NCBI GenBank assembly: GCA_965198115.1
Contig: OZ240241.1
Location: 3,360,001 to 3,424,000 of the forward strand
Length of the DNA: 64,000 nt
From: Candidatus Latescibacterota bacterium
GTDB taxonomy: Bacteria; Latescibacterota; UBA2968
Direction of reading: 5' to 3'
Within the stretch, counting starts at the first letter, position 1, and the number at the start of each line of letters is the position of its first letter. Positions 26,082-35,947 of the stretch are shown in pieces. Below the pieces are notes generated by a model. The model saw nothing but the letters and a program-made list of their open reading frames with translations, made no database searches and was not told the DNA's origin. A program made the translations under genes and the position numbers.

Positions 26082-27749
26082 ATGCCCCGCCCGAACATCC
26101 TTGTCCTGATGACCGATCAGCAACGCCACGATGCGCTGCGCTGCTCCGGGAACGACGAAATCCGGACGCCCAATCTCGACGCACTCGCGTCATCTGGCGT
26201 TCGCTTCACGCAGGCCGTCACACCGACACCGGTCTGTGTTGCCGCACGGATGAGTTTCATCACCGGTCATCGAGTAAGTCAAACACACTGGGTCGCCAAC
26301 AACGCGCTTCCAGGCCCCTGCCCCGAACTGCCGACGATGATGGGCACTTTGCTGCGAGCCGGCTATTGGACACAGGGGATCGGCAAGATGCACTTCCGCG
26401 GTCGTCACTACGGTCTTCAGGATCTGCTGACGATGGAAGAGTGCGTCGACCACTACGTCGACGACGACTACATCCGATACCTGCGCGCGAACGGCGTCCC
26501 TACGCGGTTTCCCAAGGGCTTCCGCGACCTGCTGATGATGCAGCCGCAGACCTGCGCGATTCCGGTCGAACATCATATGAACACGTGGGTCGCGGATCGA
26601 TCCGTCGAGTTCCTGCGTGAACACACGCACCACCGCACCGATCAGCCCTTCTTCCTGTGGTCGTCGTGGATCTCCCCACATCCGCCCTTCGCGCCGTGCG
26701 AACCTTACGACTCGATGTATGACCCGTCGAAGATGGCCCTCCCCCATTACCCCGACCGTCCGATCGAGGATCTGCCACCAGGCCTGATCCGACAGCGGGG
26801 TCGATTGGACGGAAGCCACCGCGACCCAGACCGCATTCGTCGAGTGCGCGCACTCTACAACGGGCTCGTCTCTCACGTCGACGATAGTGTCGGCCGCATC
26901 CTTTCGGAGCTCGATGACCTCGGAATCGCAGAGAACACGGTCGTCCTCTTCGTGTCCGACCACGGCGAGATGCTCGGCGATCACGGCATCGGGCAAAAGT
27001 TCTGCCCCTACGAACATTCCGTCCGAATCCCATTCCTCCTCCGTTGGCCCGGACGTACGGAGGCCGGACGCGTCAGCGACGACCTCGTCAGCTTGCTCGA
27101 CGTCTATCCAACGATCCTCGCCGAACTCGACCTCGCCTACCCCGATACCCAGCCCTCTTTGACTGGTTCCAGCCTCCTCGGTAAGTCGGGCGGCGGACTC
27201 GGAGTCGCTCGAGATGCGATGCCGATCGATTTTGGAGCAGGAAAATCGCGCTGGATGGCGCTCAGAAGTTGGGACAGGATGCATACGTTCTTCGCCAACG
27301 GAGGAGTCGAAGAATGCTACGATCTCACGGCAGATCCGTGGGAAACTCGCAACCTGATCGACGATCCACCGGGTTGGGCAGCCGACTGGCGAGCGCGACT
27401 CGTCGGCTGGGAGCGCGAAAACGGATTTTCAGATTCGTTCGAGGGCGACTGTCTCCGCACCTTCGAGGCGCCGTCACCGCCGCGGGAAGAGGACTGCCGT
27501 AACATCACACTCAACGATGGCGCGTGGCCCAAACGGATGCCCGTTGAAGAAAGTGACGACATCGAAACTTTCGCCGAAGCGTTCGACCGAATGATCAGCA
27601 AGGAAACCACGCTTACCCCCGACAAGCTGAGCATCGCCGACTACCGGAAGCAGATCGAAGCGGCCGAACCGAACGCGGAAGGTGGAGAAAGTCTGGTAGG
27701 AACGAAGTGGGAAGCTGCCTGGCGCGAGGCGGGATCGAGTTCCGAGTAG
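26082..27749 (+). CDS. Sulfatase-family hydrolase
   Basis: PNILVLMTDQQR, formylglycine motif CVAAR (C-x-A-x-R), GKMH, PHPPF and SDHGEMLGDHG. Confidence 0.92.
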   Translation: MPRPNILVLMTDQQRHDALRCSGNDEIRTPNLDALASSGVRFTQAVTPTPVCVAARMSFITGHRVSQTHWVANNALPGPCPELPTMMGTLLRAGYWTQGIGKMHFRGRHYGLQDLLTMEECVDHYVDDDYIRYLRANGVPTRFPKGFRDLLMMQPQTCAIPVEHHMNTWVADRSVEFLREHTHHRTDQPFFLWSSWISPHPPFAPCEPYDSMYDPSKMALPHYPDRPIEDLPPGLIRQRGRLDGSHRDPDRIRRVRALYNGLVSHVDDSVGRILSELDDLGIAENTVVLFVSDHGEMLGDHGIGQKFCPYEHSVRIPFLLRWPGRTEAGRVSDDLVSLLDVYPTILAELDLAYPDTQPSLTGSSLLGKSGGGLGVARDAMPIDFGAGKSRWMALRSWDRMHTFFANGGVEECYDLTADPWETRNLIDDPPGWAADWRARLVGWERENGFSDSFEGDCLRTFEAPSPPREEDCRNITLNDGAWPKRMPVEESDDIETFAEAFDRMISKETTLTPDKLSIADYRKQIEAAEPNAEGGESLVGTKWEAAWREAGSSSE

Positions 27750-27995
27750 CGAGTGAAAGGTCGGTGTTGCCTTCTGAACTCGGAACTCTTCATTAATTCA
27801 ATTTTTTATAACCTCCAGTATTTACTGATTCTTAGGTTACTTACCAACAAAAGTGGCCCCGGGGCCACTTTTAAGAACTCGGGCCAGACCGCCTTCCTTC
27901 GTTTCCTCGGTGACCCTCAGCAGTGTATCTTCCAGTTCTCACGCACCGGGAATGTCTCCCTTTCGTGTGTTTCGTGTATTTCGTGGTAGTTTCCT

Positions 27996-28784
27996 ATGAC
28001 TGACATCCGCGCACACAACCGTGACGCCTGGAATCGCCAGGTCGAAGGCGGCAACGAGTGGACGATCCCCGTCACCTCCGAGGAAGTCGCGGCCGCCCGA
28101 GCAGGCGAGTGGTCCATCTATCTCACGCCCAAAAAGCCCGTTCCGAGGGAGTGGTTTCCCGATCCGCTGGCCGGCTGTGAGGTCCTGTGCCTTGCCTCCG
28201 GCGGAGGCCAGCAGGGTCCGATTCTGGCTGCCGTCGGCGCGAATGTGACCGTCTACGACAACGCACCCGCCCAACTCGCGCGTGAAGCGGAAGTCGCCAG
28301 CCGAGACGGACTGACCATTCGCACGATCGAGGGAGATATGCGCGACCTTTCCGCGCTGGGAGACGGTGTCTTCGACCTCATCATCCACCCCGTGTCCAAC
28401 GTATTCATCCCCGATGTGCACCCGGTCTGGCAGGAGGCTGCCCGTGTCCTCCGCGGCGGTGGAGCCCTCCTTTCGGGCTTCACGAATCCCACCATCTACC
28501 TGTTCGACGGACAGCGTATCCTACGCGACGGCACGATGACGGTCGCCCATCGCCTCCCCTACTCCGATGCCGAGAGTCTGTCGACCAAAGAGATCGAACA
28601 GCGCGCCCGGGAGGGGGAACCGCTGGAGTTCAGTCACACCTTTCAGGACCTCATCGGCGGCCAGACCGACGCCGGCCTGGTCATTGCCGGATTCTACGGA
28701 GATCGGTATCGAAAAGAATCCGGAGACGTTACCTCGAAGGTGATGGACGTTTTCTTCACCACACGCGCCCTCAAGCCCGCGTAG
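27996..28784 (+). CDS. Class I SAM-dependent methyltransferase
   Basis: VLCLASGGGQQG, GDM, FDLIIHPVSN and RVLR.GG motifs. Confidence 0.9.
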   Translation: MTDIRAHNRDAWNRQVEGGNEWTIPVTSEEVAAARAGEWSIYLTPKKPVPREWFPDPLAGCEVLCLASGGGQQGPILAAVGANVTVYDNAPAQLAREAEVASRDGLTIRTIEGDMRDLSALGDGVFDLIIHPVSNVFIPDVHPVWQEAARVLRGGGALLSGFTNPTIYLFDGQRILRDGTMTVAHRLPYSDAESLSTKEIEQRAREGEPLEFSHTFQDLIGGQTDAGLVIAGFYGDRYRKESGDVTSKVMDVFFTTRALKPA

Positions 28785-28869
28785 CTTGGAGCGTATCGCC
28801 GTGTTCGTTCTCGTCGTGCGTATTTCACATCCCATCTCTACCGTGAACGCAACCCATCGCCTGTCAATC

Positions 28870-28995
28870 CATCTCATCGCCCTCTGCGAAACATTCGGCT
28901 CGAACAGCACTCCATTTGACTTCGATGAGAGTGGGATCGTCGACTTCGACGACTCCCTCCGCTTCGCCTCCGTCTTTGGCGAGACTGCCGGCTGA
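28870..28995 (+). pseudogene. Fragment of an EF-hand/dockerin-like C-terminal domain
   Basis: DFDESGIVDFDD.L.FA.VFG followed by a stop codon; no parent gene upstream. Confidence 0.5.
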
Positions 28996-29163
28996 ACAAA
29001 CGAAGACGCGAGGTCGAAGATGGAGCCGCGGGAAGCAGTCATCCTGCTTGCGATCTCACTCCGATCGACCGATCCTAACGTCCTCACCAAACGTTCACAC
29101 CTCTAGTGACCACGAGTTCGCTATGAAGATCACCGACCTCAAGTGCACCGTCATCGGCCAGAA

Positions 29164-30537
29164 GAGTTCAGGTCAATAGGTGTGTAAAAGAAATCAGGCG
29201 GCCATCTTCCCGGCTTCGACCTGCGGTCCGGTTGAGTGTTTCTGATCGTAGACTTGTTGTAGCAAGTGTGGCGCGGTGAGTTTCCTGAATCGGCTCTCTG
29301 CGACCTTGAGCGTACGCCAGATGAGAGTCGTGGCGTTCCTGACTTTCTTGAATCGCCTGGCGGCGTTTGTGCGAAGCCGAACGGAAGCAAAGGGGCTCTC
29401 GACGACGTTCGTGGTTCTCAGGTGTTTCCAGTGTTCCTTCGGGAAGTCGTAGAACGTGACCATCCGATCCCAGTCTCTTTCGAGCGTCTCCACGGCGGCA
29501 GGGAACTGTGAGCGATACCGTGCGGCAAAGCGTTTCCGGAGCTTCTCGGCCTCCTTTTTCGTGCCGGCATAGGGGATCTGGACGAGCAGTGCGCGGGCTT
29601 CAGCCTGTGCACGCTTGGCGACCTTGTCGAGCACGTTGAGGATCTTGTGGTTCCAGCACCGTTGTTGCCGGCTCTCTGGCCAGACCTGATCAACGGCCGC
29701 CCAGATGCCCATATTCCCGTCCGCGGCGATCAGGACAGGATGTTCGAGCCCGCGATCCCGGAGATCCCGGAGCACCGTGAGCCAGGATTCTGTAGACTCT
29801 CGATAACCGGGTTCTATCGCCAGGATCTCCTTGCTGCCGTCGCTCATCGCGCCGATCACGACCAGCAGACACGCCTTCTCGCGCTCGAGCCCGGCTTTGA
29901 CGTAGATGCCATCAGCCCAGGCGTAGACCAGTTCGCGATTATCCAGACGCCTTTCTTTCCAGTCCTGGAAGTCGACCTCCCACTTCCCTCGAAGACGAGC
30001 GATCGAGGTCGGCGAAAGCGGCGCGCCATCACCGAGCAGCGCACGCAAAGACAACTCGAAGTCGCCCTGGGAGAGACCGCGGAGATAAAGGTCGGGAAGC
30101 AGATCTCCAATGGCCCTGGTTCTCCGGGCGAACAGGGGGAGGATGCGGCTTTCAAACCGCTCTTCCAGACCACGAACCCGGGGACGCCGGACCTTGATCG
30201 TTCCGCAGCTCGTCGAGAGACGCCGGGGCTTGCCGTAGTCGTTCCTGTAGCCCGTGGAGCTATCGACCTCGGCTCGGCGCTCATACCACGACCGGCCCAA
30301 GAACGCGGTCGCCTCCTCCTCCAGAATGGACTGGAACCGGCCCTGGATCTCTTCACGGATCCAATCGTCAACCGTCTCCCACGTCGGCATGGACTTCAAT
30401 GGGACTCTATGCGTATGTTCCTTCACGGCGATCCTCCTTCCCAACCGGGCCTCTCACCCGGTTTTGTGTGAATCAACTATCTCACGGGAAGTGTAGGGTC
30501 GCCCTTTCTCTTTTTCCACACCTTTTGATTATAGCTC
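29164..30537 (-). mobile_element. IS256-family IS, copy 2 (1374 bp)
   Basis: Inverted near-identical copy of 18628..20001; perfect 9-bp duplication CGGCCAGAA (29155-29163, 30538-30546). Confidence 0.95.
29194..30426 (-). CDS. IS256-family transposase
   Basis: About 5 amino-acid differences from copy 1. Confidence 0.93.
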   Translation of the reverse strand: MKEHTHRVPLKSMPTWETVDDWIREEIQGRFQSILEEEATAFLGRSWYERRAEVDSSTGYRNDYGKPRRLSTSCGTIKVRRPRVRGLEERFESRILPLFARRTRAIGDLLPDLYLRGLSQGDFELSLRALLGDGAPLSPTSIARLRGKWEVDFQDWKERRLDNRELVYAWADGIYVKAGLEREKACLLVVIGAMSDGSKEILAIEPGYRESTESWLTVLRDLRDRGLEHPVLIAADGNMGIWAAVDQVWPESRQQRCWNHKILNVLDKVAKRAQAEARALLVQIPYAGTKKEAEKLRKRFAARYRSQFPAAVETLERDWDRMVTFYDFPKEHWKHLRTTNVVESPFASVRLRTNAARRFKKVRNATTLIWRTLKVAESRFRKLTAPHLLQQVYDQKHSTGPQVEAGKMAA

Positions 30538-31730
30538 CGGCCAGAACCCCGTGCTCCGCATCGTCACCGACGAGGGGATTGACGGGTTCAGCCAGGTCGA
30601 GCCCAGTAAACACTACCTGAAGCCGCACGTCCTCTTCTATCGAGACCACATTCTCGGCGAGGATCCAACCAGCGTGGAACGCGTCGTTCGAAAAATTCGA
30701 CGGCTCGGCGCCTTCAAGCCGTGGGGAAGCTCGGTCAGCGCGATCGAGATGGCGCTCTGGGATATCGCGGGCAAAGCGGCTGGACTGCCCGTCCATCGGC
30801 TGCTGGGCGGCAAGGTTCGCGACACCGTTCGGGTCTACAACGGCGCCGTTCGCTTTCCCCTCGAAGGCTACGAACCCGATGACTACGCCGCCAATATGGC
30901 GAAGATGAAGGCTTCCCCCGAAAACTTCAGCCTGATCAAACAGGGCGTGGCGTTCCACGGTCCGATGGCCGACTCGGTACCCGGTTTCTACTACGGCGAC
31001 GCCAACAGTGGAAACTATCGTTTCAGTCGCGGGGCACTGACCGAAAAGGGCCTCAAGCACCTGATCGCTTGTACCGAGGCAATGAAGGAGGTGTGTGGCG
31101 AAGAGGTGGGACTCGCGCTCGACTGCGGTCCGGGTATGCTCCCCCACGATGTCATCCGGTTTGCGCGGGCCGTCGAGCACCTCAACCTCGCCTGGATCGA
31201 GGACACCGTCACCGGCGACTACGTCCCCTGGGTACACGCCGACCAGTATCTCGAGATCACACGCAGCACGTCGACTCCCATCCACACGGGCGAACAGATC
31301 TATCTACGTCACAATTTCAAAGACCTCATCGAAGCGAAGGCCGTGAATGTGATTGGTCCTGACCCCTGCGACGTCGGCGGCATATCGGAGTTGAAATGGA
31401 TCGCCGAATACGCCGATCTACACGGGATCCTGATGGCGCCGCACGGAACGGGCGACGGCCTCTTCGGTGTTGCGGCCCTCGTTCAGGTCTGTGCGACCTT
31501 GCCCGACAACTTCATCGCCTTCGAGTATCCAACGGGGAAACCGGAATGGTGGTACGACATCGTCGACGGTCTTCCCGATCCCATCGTGACGAACAGTTGC
31601 ATCGAGGTCTGGGACACGCCGGGTATCGGTGTCACGTTCAACGAGAAAGCTCGCGACCGCCTGCCGGAAGGCGACGAGGACTTCTTCGATTGAGTCTTAT
31701 TGGCCAATTGCGCGTGAGGAGAGGTAGCCT

Positions 31731-32030
31731 ATGATTCAGCACATCGTTCTGCTCAAACTGAAACCTGGCACGACCCCCGAGCAGAAGCAGGCATTGCACG
31801 ACGGACTCGTCGGCCTAAAAGACATCATTCCCGGCATCGAATCGGTCACCGATGGGGATGACTGCAGTCCGGAAGGGAAACAGCACGGCTTCGACTGGGG
31901 GTTCGTGATGGCGTTCGCGGACGAGGCGGCCCGAGACGGGTATCTACCCCACCCCGATCACAAGGCGTTGGGGCAGACCTTCATCCGACCCATCGCGGAC
32001 GACGTGCTCGTCTTCGACTATGTGATGTAG
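31731..32030 (+). CDS. Dabb-family stress-responsive alpha/beta barrel protein
   Basis: MIQHIVLLKLK, IPGI and Y..HPDH...FDY motifs. Confidence 0.88.
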   Translation: MIQHIVLLKLKPGTTPEQKQALHDGLVGLKDIIPGIESVTDGDDCSPEGKQHGFDWGFVMAFADEAARDGYLPHPDHKALGQTFIRPIADDVLVFDYVM

Positions 32031-32152
32031 CGGAACTTTCTGCGCCGCGAAGGGTCTGCAGCAATGAAGGCGTCAAATTTTCGTCATACATCGCGCGAGC
32101 CGGGCGAGATGGTCCACGGGACTGTCTCGCCCTTCCTGTTTCGAGGACAGAC

Positions 32153-33283
32153 GTGACACGCAAACCATTCAGACTTTGGGCGTTGCCCTTCGTCATCGCG
32201 GTGGCCGTCGGGTCAGCCTGCGCCGAGTCGCCCCCTCGGGGAGCTGCATACGAGTTCGACACCGACTTCGATCACCACAGCATTCCCTACGACGAAATCC
32301 TTTCGGGCGGTCCACCCAAGGACGGGATTCCGGCGATCGACGACCCGGCGTTTGTATCGGTCGAAGGTGCGGATGGATGGCTGGGTGAGAAGGAAGGTGT
32401 CGTCGTTTACAAGGTGGGCGACGACGTTCGCGCCTACCCGTTGCAGATCCTGATGTGGCACGAGCTCGTCAACGACCAGTTCGGGAATCGGCCCGTCACG
32501 ATCAGCTACTGCCCGCTCTGCAACACGGCGATCGCGTATGACGGCCGCGTCGGCGACCACGAGCTCACCTTCGGCACGACCGGGCGTCTCCGCTACAGCA
32601 ATATGGTGATGTACGATCGGGAGACCGAATCCTGGTGGCAGCAGGCCGACGGTAAAGCCATCGTCGGCGAATTGCTCGGCCAGAAGCTCTCGATGCTGCC
32701 CGCTCCGATCTTGTCCTGGACACGATTCAAGACGCGTTATCCTCTCGGCAGGGTCCTGTCGAAAGACACCGGGCACCGTCGGGATTACGGCCGGAATCCC
32801 TACCGACGCTACGACGCCGTCGGGGCAGAGCCCTTCCTCTACCAGGGCCCGGAAACTGACAGGACCCTCCGATCGATGACCCGCATCGTCGCGGTCGAAC
32901 AGGGCACCGAGGCCACAGCCTACACCTACGATGACCTGGCCGAACAGAGCGTCATCAATGACACCGTCGACGGGTTGCCCGTCGCCCTGTTTTGGCGCGA
33001 AGGTGCGGCCTCCGCGCTCGACAAGGGACGCGTGGCCGAAGGACGAGATATCGGGATGGTCACGACCTACGTCCGCCGACTCGGCGAGCGAATCCTCGTC
33101 TTCGAGCGATCGGACGACGGTTTCGAAGACGGTGAAACGGAAACCACCTGGAACATTCACGGCGAAGCCGTCGCCGGCCCGCTGAAGGGCCAGCGTCTTG
33201 CACCCGTCGTCCACATCAACCACTTCTGGTTCAGCTATTTTGCGTTCCGACCCGACGTACGGGTTTACGGAAAGACCGAATAG
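32153..33283 (+). CDS. DUF3179-domain exported protein
   Basis: Signal peptide; SGGPPKDGIPAID, HELVND, YCPLCN, SNMVMYDRETES.WQQ and FWF motifs. Confidence 0.85.
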   Translation: MTRKPFRLWALPFVIAVAVGSACAESPPRGAAYEFDTDFDHHSIPYDEILSGGPPKDGIPAIDDPAFVSVEGADGWLGEKEGVVVYKVGDDVRAYPLQILMWHELVNDQFGNRPVTISYCPLCNTAIAYDGRVGDHELTFGTTGRLRYSNMVMYDRETESWWQQADGKAIVGELLGQKLSMLPAPILSWTRFKTRYPLGRVLSKDTGHRRDYGRNPYRRYDAVGAEPFLYQGPETDRTLRSMTRIVAVEQGTEATAYTYDDLAEQSVINDTVDGLPVALFWREGAASALDKGRVAEGRDIGMVTTYVRRLGERILVFERSDDGFEDGETETTWNIHGEAVAGPLKGQRLAPVVHINHFWFSYFAFRPDVRVYGKTE

Positions 33284-33312
33284 AAAAGGGCCGACCCGCC
33301 CGGATCGGCCCT
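33284..33312. terminator. Intrinsic terminator-like hairpin between convergent genes
   Basis: AAAAGGGCCGA-loop-TCGGCCCT. Confidence 0.6.
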
Positions 33313-33340
33313 CGAACGCACATCCTGGATCTACCGTTGC

Positions 33341-34060
33341 TCAGCCAGCCAGTTCCACCCTGTCACGACCGTGGTCCTTCGCCTCATACAGTGCCACGTC
33401 CGCCCGATCGATCAGATCATCCAACACTTTCGTCTCCAAGTCCGCCACAGCCACCCCCATACTCAGCGTGATCGACAGATCGCTGAACTTCATCTGCTTG
33501 ACTTCCCACCGGATGCGCTCGGCCAGCCTCGTTGCGTCTTCGACACCGGCGTGGGGCATGAACACGATGAACTCCTCGCCACCATAACGTCCGAACACGT
33601 CGGTTGTGCGGATCATACGCCGAATCGCGGCCGCCAGCTCGACGAGGACGGCATCGCCCCGTGCGTGGCCGTACGTGTCGTTCACGTCTTTGAAGTGATC
33701 CAGGTCCATCATAATGAGGGAAACTGGAAAATCGTGACGCCGACTCAGGCTCAGAATGGTCGATGCCTGCTCCACCATAAAACGCCGGTTGTAGATCCCG
33801 GTCAGGTAATCGTGTGTGCTGATGTCCTCAAGATTGTTCCGCGCCTCTTCCAGTTCTTGGATCAGGCGAAACGTCCGGTAAGTCCAGGCCGGGGCGATCG
33901 CCAATGAAACGATGGCCGCCGCCAGCACGCCCACACCCACGATATCGCTCCGACCGACGAGCGCGAGAATGACCGCCGTCAACACGATGGCCTCGACGGC
34001 GATGATTGCCGTACGCCCGAGGGACCGTACAAGCACCTGTCTGCGAGTATCCTTATCCAT
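33341..34060 (-). CDS. Membrane-anchored diguanylate cyclase
   Basis: Two N-terminal hydrophobic helices; D.LTG.YNRR, DLDHFKDVNDTYGH and RYGGEEF motifs. Confidence 0.92.
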   Translation of the reverse strand: MDKDTRRQVLVRSLGRTAIIAVEAIVLTAVILALVGRSDIVGVGVLAAAIVSLAIAPAWTYRTFRLIQELEEARNNLEDISTHDYLTGIYNRRFMVEQASTILSLSRRHDFPVSLIMMDLDHFKDVNDTYGHARGDAVLVELAAAIRRMIRTTDVFGRYGGEEFIVFMPHAGVEDATRLAERIRWEVKQMKFSDLSITLSMGVAVADLETKVLDDLIDRADVALYEAKDHGRDRVELAG

Positions 34061-34095
34061 CGTCCTTTAAATCATACCTCAGAGCCAGCTCGCGA

Positions 34096-34716
34096 TCACT
34101 CGCTTTCGTCAGCCTCGTCCACCGACCGGGGGAGGAATTCCGTCTTACCCTGGTGGCACGATGCGCAGTTCACGGCAGAATCGTTTATTCGTTGAAATTG
34201 AGTGAAGTTCTCGAACATAAACCTCGCTATCGTTCGATGAGACGTAGGAATGGTCGGGTCCATACGTCCCTTGTCATTTTTTTCGTGGCAGAACTGACAC
34301 TTCACGTCGAGGGCCTTCGTAAAGCCCTTCATCACCCGCATGATGTCCTTGCGCTCCACCCCTTCCATCAGCCGGCTCGCCGGCTTCTCGGTCCCGCGGG
34401 GGAGAAACCGAGCCGTTCCCGCGTGGCACGTCGCACACTCGACGGCCTCGCCACCGCTCGTGCGGAGGCTGTCCACAAAGTGAATCTTCATATGGATCGC
34501 GGTGTCCTTGAACACGGAGGGCGCTTCGAAGTGCGGCTTTCCGTCGGGCGTCTTCTCGATGTGGCAGTGAGTACACTCGACACCAAGCGACTTCGCGATG
34601 GCCTTCATACTCTCTTCACTCGTGTCCAGCACGTGGTGGTGATCCTCATCCGCCCCGATCGACCACGGCAGCGTGCATACGAGGGCGATGCTCAAACCTG
34701 TTCGGAACACCCGCAT
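34096..34716 (-). CDS. Periplasmic tetraheme c-type cytochrome (PufC-like repeat)
   Basis: Signal peptide and four CxxCH motifs (CTHCH, CATCH, CQFCH, CASCH); M......L.V.C..CH occurs twice. Confidence 0.8.
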   Translation of the reverse strand: MRVFRTGLSIALVCTLPWSIGADEDHHHVLDTSEESMKAIAKSLGVECTHCHIEKTPDGKPHFEAPSVFKDTAIHMKIHFVDSLRTSGGEAVECATCHAGTARFLPRGTEKPASRLMEGVERKDIMRVMKGFTKALDVKCQFCHEKNDKGRMDPTIPTSHRTIARFMFENFTQFQRINDSAVNCASCHQGKTEFLPRSVDEADESE

Positions 34717-34783
34717 AGGTCGGTTCTCCTCTCCCCAATTCACGAAACAGCTGCCAGTAAGACAACGATGGAATACCACTACT

Positions 34784-35878
34784 CTATAAAGAACGGTCGA
34801 TGACCTCCACAATCCGTTCGGAGGCCTTACCATCCCACAGTTCGGGAATGCCGCCCTGCTTGTATCGACCTTCGAGCACCTCAACCGTCTTCTCTTCGAC
34901 CAGATCGGCGTCCAGGTTCACGATCGTGCTCGTTCCCACCTCCACCGTGACGGGTCGCTCGGTGTTCGGACGCATCGTCAGGCAGGGAACATCGAAGACG
35001 GTTGTCTCTTCCTGCAGGCCAGCGGAATCGGTCACGGCAAGCACAGAATCACGCTGAAGTCTGAGCGAGTCCAGATACCCCACGGGCTCGACGACACGCA
35101 CGTTGGACATCGCAGAGAGCGTCTTTTCCATTCCGAAGGTCTGAATTCGTGAGCGCGTGCGTGGGTGCAGCGGCAACACAACGGGCAGATGACGTTGCAC
35201 CCGATCGAGACACGCCAGCACTCGCCCCAGCGGTTCAGGTTCATCCACGTTGGCGGGCCGATGCGATGTCGCGATCGCATACCGATTTGGCTCCAACCCA
35301 AGATCCCCGACGATTCCAGACGAGTCGATCGACGGTTCTGCCCTTCGCAACGAGTCGACCATCACGTTGCCCACGAAGTGGATCCGTGAATCGGGGATCC
35401 CTTCGGCCTTCAAATTGTCATCGGCATCCCGCGACGGTGTGAACAGAAAGTCCGACACGACGTCCGCCACGATTCGGTTGATTTCTTCCGGCATCTTGCG
35501 GTCGCGACTCCGCAGCCCCGCTTCGACGTGCCCCACGGGAATGTGTTGCTTGACAGCGTCTACGGCGCACGACAGGGTCGGGTTGACGTCTCCAAACACC
35601 GCGACGAAATCAGGTTTCTCTTCGATCAGCACGGGGTCGAACGCCATCATCGCTTTTCCCGTCATCTCCCCCTGCGTCCCCGATCCGACACCGAGGTTGT
35701 ACTTCGGTTGGGGTAGTTTCAGATCCGCGAAGAAAACATCGGACATCCGCTCGTCATAGTGCTGTCCGGTATGCACGAGGACTGGCTCGTAGCGGTCGGG
35801 TTGCCGCATAAGCACGTGCAGCAAGGGCGCCGCTTTCATGAAATTCGGCCGTGTGCTGACAACGAGCAAAATTTTCAC
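34784..35878 (-). CDS. wecB: UDP-N-acetylglucosamine 2-epimerase (non-hydrolysing)
   Basis: RPNFMK, HTGQHY, HVEAGLRS, MPEEINR, TDSAGLQEE and R.NTERP motifs. Confidence 0.93.
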   Translation of the reverse strand: MKILLVVSTRPNFMKAAPLLHVLMRQPDRYEPVLVHTGQHYDERMSDVFFADLKLPQPKYNLGVGSGTQGEMTGKAMMAFDPVLIEEKPDFVAVFGDVNPTLSCAVDAVKQHIPVGHVEAGLRSRDRKMPEEINRIVADVVSDFLFTPSRDADDNLKAEGIPDSRIHFVGNVMVDSLRRAEPSIDSSGIVGDLGLEPNRYAIATSHRPANVDEPEPLGRVLACLDRVQRHLPVVLPLHPRTRSRIQTFGMEKTLSAMSNVRVVEPVGYLDSLRLQRDSVLAVTDSAGLQEETTVFDVPCLTMRPNTERPVTVEVGTSTIVNLDADLVEEKTVEVLEGRYKQGGIPELWDGKASERIVEVIDRSL

Positions 35879-35947
35879 AGGACGCTCACAAGATCCTCAG
35901 GCTAAGTAACCGCGATCCTGCCTGGAGATTGGCCATTAACGGAAATC

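Larger units (their letters stand above)
29123..31693 (+). pseudogene. Mandelate racemase/muconate lactonising enzyme (enolase superfamily) gene split by IS256
   Basis: MKITDLKCTVIGQ before the IS joins NPVLRIVTDEG after it. SAIEMALWDIAGK, WIED, TGEQ and APH motifs present. Confidence 0.9.

Noticed and set aside
5930-28000. CRISPR array or integron cassette array
   Set aside because: The repeats are short, degenerate and dispersed, with no regular repeat-spacer period, no cas or intI gene and no convincing attC structure.
18628-30537. Composite transposon bounded by the two IS256 copies
   Set aside because: Each copy has its own 9-bp target duplication.
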